The notes under the pieces are model-generated. The model saw only the letters and a list, made by a program, of their open reading frames with translations, did not search any database and was not told where the DNA came from. Positions 12,201 to 25,227 of a DNA stretch of 64,000 nt are shown one piece after another (position 1 is the first letter of the stretch; each line of letters begins with the position of its first letter). A program made the translations under genes and the position numbers. This DNA comes from Blasia pusilla (taxonomy: Eukaryota): contig CM114271.1 of the NCBI GenBank assembly GCA_050084515.1, forward strand, positions 7,378,001 through 7,442,000, written 5' to 3'.

Positions 12201-13099
12201 GCTCAACTAAATGGCCACACTGTGATTGAATCTTCGGTAAGAACATAAATGTAGCTTGAAAATCTCTTCCTGTTCTACAGAAGCCATACTAGAGAACGCT
12301 AGAGTTATGGAATATATTTTCACTGCTTGAAATCTACTTCTGGCTCACGTCAAGGATTAAGATACTCGTAAAATGATGTACAACTTTCTTCAGTAATCAA
12401 GTTTACCCCAATCGAGCCTTCAAACATCAGCTTTCACAAAATGAAACAGATGGGAAACCATAGCATCCTGCGTGTAAAGAACCTGTTCCTTTTGCGATGG
12501 TCCATGCCCTATACGCATGCACTTCATGCAATCTTCCTTTACTCCCACATCCTCGCCTTCTTCAAGAATCAGATCTGATTTGTGCCTCCACTAAGATTTT
12601 CCTCCATGTAACAAATTGCAGTGTAGTCTCCGCGAGCTCCAAACGCTCAACTGACCCCAATTATAAGAAACACTAGAGACACTTCCGATTAGTCCAATTT
12701 GACTATCCTTTCCACAAAACTTGATTATGCTCAGCAGTGCCCTCTCGACCTTAACAATTCCACCTTTGGCAGATATGGCTTCTTTCTCTTTCTATCCATT
12801 TCTACATACTACTGTCTAATTTCTTAACATTTACTTCTTGTCCTTGCAGATCTTCTAAAGATTGGGGATTTCCTGCCCGGACAAAGGTTGTCCTAACTAA
12901 CCTTATATGTTCGTACTTTCTCTCCCACTCCATCCTTTCTCTTCTTATTTTTTATGTCTTTGCATATTACTGATCATCACTAAGAATAATTATCTCAATG
13001 TTCTTGAATAGTTGAGTACTTCTTCCATCTTCAGCTCTGTTATGTCCTTCAATTTCACCAATTGTAATCATCATATCTTGCATTTTTTTTACTCCTCTA

Positions 13100-14742
13100 A
13101 TGGCACTATCTAGAAGGAGATGTGCCTCTTGTAGAACTATCAATCCACACAACGTATATGTCACTCCAGGAATACTTAACAAAATTCGCCTGGCCAAATG
13201 CAAACATAATGCAATTTTAAAAAATACTACAAACCACAAACTATCATGTAGACCTACTACCTATCACTGGCCACTAGTTGAGCAAATGATGTCAAGGTGG
13301 AAAGCTCATTGTTATGGATTCATAACCAAGATGCAATGTTGCGGTTATTGTGGTTGTGTCATCTATTCCAATCCCCAATCTAGAATGTGTACAATATCAT
13401 TAATTTATGTGCAACATCATTAATGCCTTCCGGGTATTCTGACCAATATCCACCATATGCTTTATGTAATAGATTTCTCCTCCCTTATATTATACCAAGA
13501 CCTAGTGAATTCTTTATATGTGACTTGTGTTCCACAACGCAACCACGTTGTAGCTTTAATGTCTATATGACACCATTGTATATTATGCACGTATTAGCTA
13601 TTGATCCCCTACATCTACGACAACTTTCTATTGTTGATTCAAGAATGGGGATCTAGAGAAAATTCAATGGATTTCACAAGGGATTCTTTCATGCTACATC
13701 CCTCCTAGACTCGTCTCTTATTGGGTGGAACCATAATACTCGAAGTACCCAAGAATTTGAGAACAATATTGCTATTCTCAAACAGATCATGGAGGTGAAT
13801 TTTTGGATCAATCCACTCTATAAAGACTATAAGGCTCTACTTGAACTTCCTTATCCATCTTTCGGACTAGTAGTACCGCCTAGCTCGGTAGTGAACATGA
13901 TTTTGCATTCCTCCCAGTAGAAGGGCCAGCTTACTCATAGCATGGCATATGATCCATATCAGTTGGAGTTAAAGATACTACAAGATGTTTCCTATTCACT
14001 ACCAAATCGTAGACCTAAATCTTCTGATATTTTTGACAATAGTTCTATCTGTATTCGCGTTGGTGCAATTCAGAGATTTCTTACTAATTCCTCTGGTAAT
14101 TCTATCAATAAAAGTTTTACTATAGAGACAACAATTTTCCCTTTTCTATTTCCTTTTTTATGAGGGTACTACACTAGTGCACAATCTTTTCATGAGTATA
14201 TCAAATCAAGGACTAAACAATTATTTAGTGTCGTCTGTTTGTATAAGCCTTTCTCTCTTATTATGCACCAACTACGTCAATCTATTTCACTATGTTCCAT
14301 TGCCCGTACCTTTTTTTTGCAGAAAGACCTCGAGAGATTAAGGAGAGATCACCCTGATCTTCCTGAGGAAAATCTCTATTATTACTTATCTAAGCTGTCA
14401 TTAAGTCCTCAAATTCCAGGCAGCCCACGTTGGCATAGGCGTAATCTCTGTGACCTAAAAGCCAAGGTTCACCATCTAGGCATGCCACATTTCTTTTTAA
14501 CACTTACTTCCGATGAGGTTTCTGACACCCGTTGAATTGAGATCTATGATATGGAAAAATTACTCCTTAAATTTAACCCAACCTTTACATGGAGGGATGC
14601 ACCCATTAAGTATGCCCAACTCTTTCACACATGCCTCCACACATTTTTGGCTCAATTCATTTTTTCTAGGCCACGTGTTCTTGGTAAAATACTAGACTAC
14701 ATCATCAAGTATGAGATACAAGGCAGGGGTAGCTTACACTGT
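13100..14742 (+). mobile_element. Helitron-like Rep gene (non-canonical), Cys-rich N-terminus, truncated at the HUH motif
   Basis: CCGYCGC and CDLC; IFPFLFP; IPGSPRWHRRNLCDLKAKVHHLGMPHFFLTLTSDE; YEIQGRGSLHC, after which the sequence is unrelated. Homologous to 29594-33111. Confidence 0.85.
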
Positions 14743-14881
14743 GATATAAAGTTCAGCAGTCGGGCAGCAAAAGCGTTCAAAAGGTGGTTGATCCTTCTAT
14801 TTCTCCTTAATATGCTCTCATGACCTATCTGTCAGGGTTTGACCACTACGTAATCGCAGAAGGCGCTAGAAACCACAACTA

Positions 14882-15064
14882 CCAACACGTCGAATTCCAC
14901 GGGTTGGAATATGTGATTTGCAAGACAAGCAGCAACCCGTCAAATTCCGACGGGTTGCAAGTAGAACACTTTCAAAAAATACTGCTTGCAACCTGTCGGA
15001 TTCAAATGGGTGGAACATTAAATTTGCAAGATAAGAAGCAACCTGTCGGATTCCAATGGGTTGC
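14882..15064. repeat. Four ~27 bp palindromes (consensus GCAACCCGTCGGATTCCGACGGGTTGC), probably TE subterminal repeats
   Basis: Copies at ~14882, 14932, 14988 and 15038. Spacers 1 and 3 are homologous. Confidence 0.8.
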
Positions 15065-15399
15065 ACCCTAAACTTTTTCGCAAAAAAGTTGCTTGCGAAC
15101 ATGTGTGGGTTGGTATATGAGTAATGTGGTTGTATGCTTTCACACGATGCTGGTAGCATTAGGACTGTACTTAAAGTAGAATAGCATCTCCTTTGTTGGA
15201 TGAAGGAGAAATAGTGATAAGAGAAGTAGTGATAGGTGTAGGGAGGATTGATAGGAAGGAGTGATTCATATTCATGGGGACAAAATGGCATGAAACGCCA
15301 ATTTCATGTCATATTTTTGTCAGCAACAAAGCAAGCATGTCATACATAATGACTGGCTATAGTTGTTTGTGTTACTTTATTTTCATATTTTTTGTTAGT

Positions 15400-15650
15400 G
15401 AATAGGATTATAAATGACATGGACAAGTCATTTTAATGACTTGAGTCATTAAAATGACTCAAGTCTGAGTCATTCTTTTGTGACGCATGAAGGCATTATT
15501 TGTTACTCTAAGTAGTCATTCAAAGTCACTCTTAATGACTCGTCTAGTCATTCTTTATGACTCGTCTAGTCGCTGTTTATGACTCGCCTAGTCACTATTT
15601 ATGACTAGACGAGTCATTCTTTATGACTCATCTAGTCATTTTTATGATTG
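15400..15650. repeat. TGACT/AGTCA-rich CACTA-type subterminal repeats
   Basis: Dense ATGACTC/GAGTCAT motifs, like those following the CACTAG termini at 33112, 37069 and 56523. Confidence 0.65.
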
Positions 15651-15900
15651 TCAATAAGATCGAGGCCGCTAGATGGCCTTGTAGTAGAAATTTTGAAGAC
15701 ATAAGCTCTAGATCCTTCGCCTCCTCGGCCCATGAACTGCCATCTCTGAATGAATGGAAACCGTGAGTTAGCCTTGATCTTGGCAATGGCATCCATCTCC
15801 GCGGTCTTTCCATCAAGTATTCGTATTTGACGCAATAAGTTCCTGAAGCATTAAGGATCAACCGAGAATGCCAGATTTTCCCACAGTTGTTTCTCCTCAC
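15650..15900 (-). pseudogene. Protein-coding fragment, probably transposase-like
   Basis: MDAIAKIKANSRFPFIQRWQFMGRGGEGSRAYVFKISTTRPSSGLDLID reads like decayed coding sequence; family not established. Confidence 0.3.
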
Positions 15901-16659
15901 CTACCGTGATCTTCAAGAGGATGAAGATCTATCTCAAAGTCCTCTAACAGATAAAACGGTATTGTTCAATTTTTTATTCACTAAATATCTCTATCAATAG
16001 TATGTATTGTCATATGATTGCAAGAAGTATGCAGTAGATAGTGTTTAAGTTTGATAGAATATATTACACTTGAATGTTCTAAAGTTTAGCCCACTTAAAC
16101 CAATCAAAGTACATGATGGGAAGCAAGGGTGGCTAAACGTTGGAGCATGCTTGCTACGGGTAAAAAAGATGGTTGCATAGGAAGAGGGAGTGTGCCTCGA
16201 CTATCATATCTCGGGGAGGGATGGGGCCCAAGCGGGATGCAATGGAACCCTACCCTAGGAGGATGGTTTGCCCCTGCACCTCCACCATAGCCTTATAGTC
16301 CTTGGCCTTATCCATTGGCACGACAACCACAATGGGCAGGGAGTAGTATTTCTTTACAACAGCCATGGGTTCCAATTGTAAGTCTTTGGCCTTATTGTTT
16401 TATTGTATCCTATTTAAAATTATTATGTGTGAACTTTACCCTACAAAATTTATCTTCTTTCTACTTTATTCATGGTTAGTATCTGTTTTACATATGATAT
16501 CAACAAGGAGGAGCATCAGATGCACCAAAGTCATATGCACGGGCTCCAACCCCTTATTTCTAGTGAGGGAAGTATTCCCCCCCTAGTGCTAGTCAATCCT
16601 GCATGTGCATCTCGAACCATGACTCCAAGCCCTACACATGGAGGCCTACACGTAGTAGG

Positions 16660-16661
<2 letters not shown>

Positions 16662-16714
<53 letters not shown>
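16662..16714. repeat. (CT)n microsatellite
   Basis: Perfect run. Confidence 0.99.
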
Positions 16715-16717
<3 letters not shown>

Positions 16718-16949
16718 TATGAGAAAGCATCTGATACTTACTAAACCTCTATTTTTAGAGCTTTCATTGTTGATATTTTTGGAGATACCAATCACTTTTC
16801 TATTTCTGCCAACTCACATCTTCATTTGAAAATGATGTTGAGAATAGCATAAGAGTATACTTTAGCATCAGAAGTTTACTGCCATGATTATTCATAGTAG
16901 TCATTGTTGAGCACTTAGTAGCACTTGAGAAAATTTCTTTGGATATGTA

Positions 16950-18160
16950 CAGGAGGAAGGGCTAGCAAATCCAAACGTGATTCATGGGTAAATGAGGTGA
17001 ATCAACCCAAGGATTTTAATCCAAAACCCCGATGCAAGGTGATGCCCAATGGGTATCTGAAGAGCAAGGTACATGGATATGAACCTTGGCTTAGTGATCT
17101 GAAAGTGCAAGCAATGCCTTATCTCGACTTCTCAATCATTGAGATAAGTAGACAAGATCCTGTCAATATGGCCATCGTCACAAATTACATGAATGAATCA
17201 TATGTATATGTTGGGGCACCATCATTGGATCCCGAGTACTTAAGGAGAAAAGTTTCTCAACTCTTGAAGACTAAAAGAGCGAGTTTGAAGGCCTATTGGA
17301 TTAAACAAGGGGGCCATCAAGATGTCCCATGCCACCCTGAAGCAAAGGGGTTGGAGTGGGGATGCATGATAGATTATTGGATGTCAGAAATAGGAAAATT
17401 TAAGGCCCAACAAATGCAAAAGGCCCGCTAACATGTCGTCAATTTGAACTACAATAGTCAGGGAGGCTTGGAGGGTTTCGTTGTAAGCACAACACTTGCT
17501 CTTGATCATTGTATTGTATTTTCTATTACTGTTGATAACTTGACCATAAATATAGAATGTACATTTCAATCATTGGAGTCTTTTGTCTTTCCATTATGTT
17601 GGGTCCTTTTAATATGGCCTGATTCACCATATTGTGATGGAATTATGGATTAGGGAACACATGGGAGAGGAGGTCCATCAGAAAGTGTGCCCCTAGGTAA
17701 AGAGATACCATCCTCTCACCCTACGGATAGCCAGTTCAGTGGGCCCTTAAGGGTGAGAAGTCAGTGGCCATTTCAAATAAGTTCTTTTGAGACTAGGTTT
17801 AGGATATGCAAGCATGGTACACTCTTCTAGTTAGTTACTACCATCATTAATCCATATAGACTTGATATTGTGCTTGGGTTATGTAGGGAGGAGATTCAAC
17901 CCTCACTTCCCAACTCCATGATGTGGAAAGTAGATAAGATGAAGGCATGCAAGATATGAGGTCCCAACTGGAAACAACACAAAAAAAGCAAGAGAGCAAG
18001 CTAGTGGAATGAACTTCAGACGAGCCACCGTCAACTAGAAGAGAAGTTGAATATGCTGATGGGGATGGTGGCACAAATGGTAAAGTCTGATGGAGTAGCT
18101 CCTTTGAGTGGGAGAGTAGATCTTGGAATTGAGAAGAATTCTTCTATGCCAAAGAGTAAG
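16950..18160 (+). mobile_element. CACTA ORF2 (TnpA/Ptta-like) exons, decayed
   Basis: PCHPEAKGLEWGCMIDYWMSEIGKFKAQQMQKAR fits the W..YW.S...AR pattern. Paralogous to 35430-36490, including the downstream exon. Confidence 0.65.
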
Positions 18161-18298
18161 TAGTCATTGAAATTGGTCTGATTTATGTGATCGGATGAAT
18201 ATGATGATTTCCGATTTTTTTAATTATGCTATATCTTTGTATTGTGAGCCTTGGATATAGAGCTATCAAATTGTTTAAATTATACCATTGTTCTGGTT

Positions 18299-18960
18299 TC
18301 TCTCTCTCTCTCTCTCTCTTCAACATTCTAGTGAATTTCCGATTGGAAGAAATGGAGAATAGTGGACTAGGCATCTGGGTGGGCAACAGTTGTGTTGTTG
18401 CCTTCATATTTGCTAATGACTTTGATGGCCTAGAGGAAACAGGAGAGAAACTCCAAGAGATGATCCCCTTGACCAAAATCTGGTGTGACATATGGGGCAT
18501 GGAGACAAATGTACTAAAGTGCGGTGTGATGATTTTCAATGGCAAGGAGGAGGACCAAGATCAACAGTGGTACTGAGGCAAACAAGAGATCCCCTATGTG
18601 CCCGCATACACCATCTGGGCATAGAATTCTCAAAAGATTGCATGCGGGATGCACACATTAAGAAGACTACTGAGAAAGGCCACAAGAAGGTGAACGGTTT
18701 GTCAAGATCTCTACATTGTCGGGACATCACATCAGAAGTAAAGTGCTATATCATTTTTCATACCATTTGTCCCTCGTTGGAATATGGGATAACACTGTTG
18801 GATGACAATACCAAACAAAGGGATAGGCTTGAAGTTATGCAACTGAAGATGTTTTGGGATATGATGTCACCTTCCTCAAGAACAACGCGAGATCAAAACT
18901 TGGAGTGGAACCTTGGAGGATAGGTGTGACATCACCAAGTTGAAATGGCAGAGGCAGCCT
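18299..18960 (+). mobile_element. LINE-A internal fragment (RT C-half) starting directly after a (CT)n run
   Basis: Colinear with ~49760-50410: LFNILVN...FANDFDGLEETGEKLQEMI...LEYG. The 5' junction is the (CT)n run at 18299-18320. Confidence 0.9.
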
Positions 18961-19149
18961 TCCAATTCATCTCTAAGGGGCTTTTGCCATTTGGCTCTCT
19001 TTGAATGGTAGAGGCTTTTTCCTTCTTCCTTGGTCATTCTTGCTACTTGATCAATTTTACTCAAGTCATTATCTCTTCTTTCCTTGAGATTTTCTCTTGA
19101 CCAAATATTTACCAAGATTCTTTGGTCGTCCAGAAGATTCCAACGGCAC

Positions 19150-19590
19150 CGTTACTTTTTGGACAGTGGCTTCCCGTAATTGAAAGTAACTCCCTGTAGT
19201 TACTGTAATTAACTAACCCTACTTAAGATAATCGTGCTTAACTGACTTACCAAGATTAAGCTTCCCTACTTCGTGTGAATACCAAATGTAGCACTTCGGA
19301 TGTCTGATGAGCTTGACTGTAACTATGTCTTCAATACTCCCCCATAAGCTCGTATCAATATCTCTAACACCTAAATTGTTTCTAAACATCTCAAACTTAT
19401 CTCTAGACGATTCCTTTGTAAAATATCAACAATTTGATATTCTGTACCTATGTACACAATATCAATTTTTCTTGCAAACACTTTTTCTTTGATAAAATGA
19501 TAATGCACTTCAACATACTTTGTTTGAACATGAAACACAAGATTATTAGCAAACTTGACGCTACTAATATTGTCTACATATCTATATTGA
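19150..19590 (-). mobile_element. Ty1/Copia remnant: RNase H end, PPT and part of the 3' LTR
   Basis: Minus strand reads VDNISSVKFANNLVFHVQTKYVEVHYHFIKEKV...GTEYQIVDI, then GGGGGAG PPT and an LTR start near 19336. Confidence 0.8.
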
Positions 19591-19929
19591 TATTAGTATT
19601 GGAGAGTGCCCTCTTGATTTGCAAATACATATTTATTTGACATGTGACAACTGGGCAGCAAGAAAAAAATTTCTCCCTATATGGGCAACAAGAGAGAGCT
19701 TTTGTGTGCAACATGCTTAGTCTCTTCACTCCCGAGCAGAGTGTCCACTAGTATTACACTAGGAATGTTATGTATCTAAAAATATTATGAATTTAGGAAT
19801 GTTATATATCCTGAAGTATTAAAATATAAGAAATTTTTTTTTTGAAAAATTTTAATTTTAATTTTTTTTTGTAAAATTATTATATTTCGTTTAATTGAAA
19901 AAAATATAATTACCACATGATAAACATAG

Positions 19930-19955
19930 ATGCATCGCACGGGCATCTAAGGTAG
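19930..19955 (+). mobile_element. Degenerate canonical Helitron 3' terminus
   Basis: TGCATCGCACGGGC...GTAG after an AT-rich tract; same motif as 33483-33513. Confidence 0.5.
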
Positions 19956-20126
19956 AAGATAGGGACTAAGTTCAGGTTTCTTAAGACCGACTGCATCGTT
20001 CCATTGAGGACGGTGGCCGAGCGTTACGCCGTTGGATATAAGACGGTGGCGAGCAGACGAGACGGCTCCGTAGACTTGCAAGAAATTTATTGCTGGAGTT
20101 GTGGGTGCCGGAGCTTCGGGTGGGCT

Positions 20127-22785
20127 ATGGCAGCGGTTGCCCTTGGAGCTGGGGCGGCAGGCGTTGACATTGGAGTTTGGGGAGCGCGATGGCATGGCAG
20201 GTCCGGAGATGGTAGTTGGTGTACGTCACTGAAGCATACTTCTGGAATGCTATGGGGTCTTTCTCTTGCGAGAAATGGTGTTGAGAATGGAGGATTGTCG
20301 TGGCAGTTGTCGACACTGCATGGCGCTTTGCGCAAACGAGAGAGTTTGACATTTCGGGTTTGGGCTCAGAAAGAGACGGAGAAAAAAGATTCGGGTGCAT
20401 TAGACTCTGGTATTGCATGCTCATCTTAATCTGTCTCTGTTATGTGGTCGATTCTGCACTAGATGCCTTTTCTGATTGAATCATCATTTTGTTGCCTCAT
20501 CAGGACACAGGTTTTTGCCAGTCTTCCCAGGAGCGTCAGATAATCGTTCTTCCTTGTCGCAAATATTTAGAAATGGTTGAATTATTACGATTTGACTGAG
20601 AAATTCTTACCGGTGATGCCATCCTGCTTATCAGACGTGGCCAGTTGCACATCTTTCGTCACTGCCGAATGTTAGGGTTTGGTTTCAGATGATTAGGCTT
20701 TCTTCATCAAGGAATTTTGGACAGTATACGTGAAAATCCATACGATAGCTTCCAACGCTATAGGTGTAAAAAGATTTAGTATATGTGCGATGTGTAATCC
20801 GTAGCTGCAATCCAGTGTATTTTCGTCTCCTAGTAATCTGGCTAGGACTAGATGCAGTTCCTCCGACTCTAATTTTACTCTGGAAAATACCGAATTGAAG
20901 GAGAGTTGGGTTCTCGCTCCCAGGATTTTCAGAGTGGAAGTGGAGATAGACGACTTTTTGCAATAGATGCTACACAATTTGAAGATTGACTTCGCGTCGA
21001 ATGAATGAAGTCTGTTCCAAAGCCTGGATTCTGGATAGAGGAAGTAACATTTTCTATATGCATGCTAAGATGGGTTTTCAACTCTTCGATGTACTGCTCA
21101 TGTGTCCCGAGAAGACTCCACTAATTCAGCAGACGTATGGAGTGTCTCAATAATTTCTGGAACTGTTGATGCGTGACAGAAGTTCTGGACTTTGACAGGG
21201 GTAGCGGTGGAGAAAGGAGCGGGTTCACCCCCTGCAGTGGCCATCCGAAACTTGTGGTTGAATGTGAAAGGCGACAGAGGAGAGGTCTCTGTATTGAAGG
21301 ATTGTTCCTTAAATATACCAGAGGGTCAGTTATGGATGCTCCTGGGGCCAAATGGTTGTGGAAAATCTACCCTTCTCAAGGTTGGTTCCTCGATCCCACA
21401 GTCTATCCTTGTGACAGTTGAATTTAAAGTGTTTAGAATATTATTCTTGCCATGGAAATTTTGTGTCTTTTCTGCAGAGGTGCAGTTACACATCGCCGTT
21501 CTAATCCACCAAAGTATGTTGTTAAGAGGCTTTGTACCTCAATTCCAATCCGAAAACCACAACAGTAAACAACATTTCACAGGTTCACCATGAGGGAAGG
21601 TAACCGTTTTAATTCATGTAACTGAAATGGAAACTGCTGCAGGCTATGGCCGGGTTGTCAAAGCCCAATCATGGAAAGATGTACGTCATTGGACCCAGGA
21701 GCTTTGTGTTTCAAAACCCTGATCATCAGGTGGAATTCTAATCCTGATGGTGAACTTGAAACCTCACATTTTGACCAAGTATTCATTAGTTTCACTTGAA
21801 ACTCAGTGACTTCTGTGGATCACATCTAAACAAAATTAACCTTCCTTATTATCAACCTTTTTATCTACAGGTTGTCATGCCAACTGCTGAAGCCGATGTT
21901 GCCTTTGGGTTGGGTCGATTACATTTGTCAGACGGGGAAGTACGGAGGAGAGTGCAGCAATCTCTTGAAGCTGTTGGGATGGCCGAATACGCACAGGTGT
22001 GAAAGATTTGCACTCCTAATCCATGGGATCTACAATTCTTTTAGGATACTGCCTCGTTCTTCTATTTCTGCTCAGAAGTCTTTAGTTTCTAGACCTAGGA
22101 GCGTCGACTATCAAATTTTCCCCAGACTTTTGTGTGAGCCTTTCTCACACATGAAAGGAACTGATTCAGTTGGTTTTTGTTAGCCATGCTTATTTTACTG
22201 TATAGTAGCTCTACCTGGATAGAGGACTATCAAGGAAATGTTTTTTCTTTCCTTATTCCTGTGACATGGGCCCCTGAGGTGAAAGACTATTAGGTTCACA
22301 GTCGGCATCGGTTGGCAATGTACAGAGGCCGGTTCAAACTTTAAGTGGTGGTCAAAAGCAGCGCATTGCTATAGCAGGAGCCCTTGCAGAGTCCAGCCGA
22401 TTGTTACTTCTTGATGAGCTCACGACTTACTTGGACAGGAGTGATCAGGTATTGTTCCACCTTTCACGCATGCCTTACTATCAGGAGAGTCCCCTGGCCG
22501 CTATATCCTTTTCTTGGATGTCCGGACAAATCTAATTTTCGTTTCCACTTGTTGCTTGATTGAATGCAGATTGGAGTGTTGGAGGCTGTTCGCAAGGTGG
22601 TTGGGGTGAAACAGGCCGTGACCGCTCTATGGGTGACTCACAGGTTGGAGGAGCTTGAGTATGCTGATGCAGCGGCTTACATGGAGAATGGAAGCGTGAT
22701 TCTTAGTGGCAGTGTAGCTGAAGTGGAAGCATATATCAAGCACAAGCAAAATGAGTTTCGAACCCAGGAAGAAGTGCTGAGATAG
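20127..22785 (+). CDS. ABCI10: ABC transporter I family member 10 (NAP13; ECF/CbiO-type ATPase), probable plastid transit peptide, 6 exons, 338 aa
   Basis: Exons 20127-20409, 21199-21380, 21643-21729, 21871-21996, 22326-22448, 22570-22785 (1017 nt, GT-AG, phases fit). Walker [63 protein letters not shown]. Exon 1 is the least certain. Confidence 0.93.
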
Positions 22786-24753
22786 TGTTCTCATTTCTCG
22801 ACAATTCTTGCAAACTAAGTCACCATGTAGACACCACAACCCTGAGATGAGATTTCCTGGAATGTATATAGGCCTTCGTTTCCAATTCATCAGTTCCATC
22901 TTTCCTCATCTCATGTCGAGATGAATGTTTGTAACGGAAAACTGTTTTGGAGCCAAAGTTGTACCCTTCAAAACCCTGATACGATTTTTTCAGGGCTGTA
23001 TATAGATCATTTTTCCAATTGGTTGGTCGTCTTTTCCTTTACGCCGTGTCTTGTCTCTCTGCCAGAGTCATTCACAGATGAACTGGGTTTGAGACGAATA
23101 TCTCGTCAAGATTTGTAGTCTCATTACACCAAGGTGTCATCTTAAACAAACTGCTTCGGAGGGCTTACCGTGCTCTTCGCGTAAAGTCTGCTGAGGTAGA
23201 CATTGTAATACGTTTTCATACTCATCGCCTAGACGAGCCCAAATGTAGAGGCAAAAGTGTCAGCAATATTGGTGAAGGTTGATTCCAAAAGAACTATGCT
23301 GCAAATTTACACTCACATGAGATCTAAATGTCTAGCTTTCCTCAAACGCTTACGAAAGGACTGAGGAAAGTAACATCTACGAAGAAGCTCACTACGCTCA
23401 CCATACTGCACACGAGATGGACGCCCGCACAAATTCTTCAAAAGTCGTATTCTGTGATTTCGAAAGAGTTCAATGCCAGAATGCACAAGCACTCAATCAA
23501 ATGCGGGTCGTACACCATTCTTACAATCTAAAATTGGTGGAAGTTAGAATTTATCCCTTACGGCATCTCTGGGAAGTTCGAACCTATGGTAGATCAATAA
23601 GCGAAGGCTAACTAACAACGTACTTTCTTATCTCGACTTACACAATTCAAAAGCCTATTCACATGTCTGCTCACACTTTGACTAATTTGAAGGGACTAAT
23701 TTGAATTAACGTGGTATGTATGTTAATGGGATTAGAGAAGGCAATCCATTTGTAAGCCATTGGGGTGGTTGGAATAAAATAAAACAAGAATGTGGCCCTC
23801 TAGTGGCGGGCATTCGTTGCGTTCATCGTGAAGAGAGATATAAGGACTGAAAACGACGGTCATATGGACACGGGCGGATTGTGGGCGACGCTTTAGGGGT
23901 GCTCTGTTTAATTCAGTGGAAGTGAAGTTGTAAATAAAATGTCAAGAAGCAACTGATTGAATAACAAGTAGATGGTGAGAGAAAATGTTTGACATATTCT
24001 TAGTGTAACAGTTATGTGAATGCCCTTTGATATTTTGATTGTGGGTGGTAGTGAAAGTTAATTAGCAGCGTTGAATACTTGGGAGAATGGCCAATAAAAT
24101 ACGAGCTTTTTGAAATGATTGTTTTTTATGATTATAAGCAAGTGCAAATCAGATGGCAGCCTCCAAGTGTGAGTGTAAGCTGCTGTAAAAATTTTCCAGC
24201 AGTCTTAGCTTGCAGAGCTGTGTGGGATTGGAGAGAACCCTGGTTAGAGATACTATATTTGAAATAAGAAACACTGATAAGAAATACGCATCAACAATGA
24301 ATCTGCTCGTATAATTTGCTGTTTACGAATAAGGCTTGAAACGATGGCTATGATCGAGAATGCTATAGTATAACGAGACTAGACGGTACAAAAAAAAGGG
24401 TTCCCCATAAACTGAGGTGTTAGCCTTAAACAACAAAAAAGTATCTGAAGAGAATAGTGTGCCTAAACTAACATATACCAAATGGAGTATTGAATGGCAG
24501 CAGAAAATCAGAAATAGTTGAGATGCCTTATCAAATATCTGAATACATTAGGCCAAAGCAGAAACTGAGAAAAAGCTGCAATAGCCTTCATGAAAATGTA
24601 GGATTATTTTTTACTGCATAGTCCAAAATTGCTGATATAGAAACTGCAGCTTTAGAATATAGCTGAAATTGTGGAAGAAGTATAGCCGAGCGCATGCAGG
24701 TATGGAAAACAAAACAAAGCTTGAAGTAGTTGCAGTTCACACCACCTGGTACA

Positions 24754-25227
24754 CTATGTGGTTAAGAAAACACACAATAGCAGGCTGAGCAGCCATTTTA
24801 CAATATACAAGTGTTGTAGCTGCCGAATGCACAAAGCTAGTTCCTCATCACGAGGATCGTGTTTTTTACAGTGGTCACTAAGAATTGTCAATTCAACAAT
24901 AATTGATGTAAGCTGTTCATGCACATCTATGATTTTGTCTACACGATGGCCGTCGTCCTTCCCAGCATATTCCATGATTGTCCTAAGTATTTCATTGCGA
25001 CCCTCAAACTTGTTGAGCTGGTCATGAAGGACAGCAATATTCTTAAGGGCTGCATCAAATAAGGCAACTGGGATAGCATCAACACAGTAGGATGCGGCAG
25101 CAACTTCATCGTTTGGCACTGCAGAAAAAAATCGACGTCTTTTTTGCTGCACAATGTGACGAGTCGGAGGACTTCCAAGCGGTCTGCTGTGGGCACTGTT
25201 AGGTGTGTGGCCACTGGCAACAGTCTC
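24754..25227 (-). other. Open exon-like frame of unknown function (possible Helitron-borne gene)
   Basis: Acceptor TGCAG at 25228-25229 followed by ~157 open codons with helical character (LKNIAVLHDQLNKFEGRNEILRTIMEY...). Confidence 0.35.

Noticed and set aside
10894-12960. Overlapping ORFs upstream of the plus-strand Helitron Rep
   Set aside because: No recognisable motifs or consistent splice structure; probably element leader sequence.
14882-15064. CRISPR-like palindromic repeat/spacer array
   Set aside because: Spacers 1 and 3 are homologous, repeats are degenerate, there are no cas genes, and the context is plant nuclear DNA.
23100-23900. Possible snRNA/ncRNA or Helitron end downstream of ABCI10
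   Set aside because: No recognisable RNA gene sequence, and only weak promoter- or hairpin-like words.
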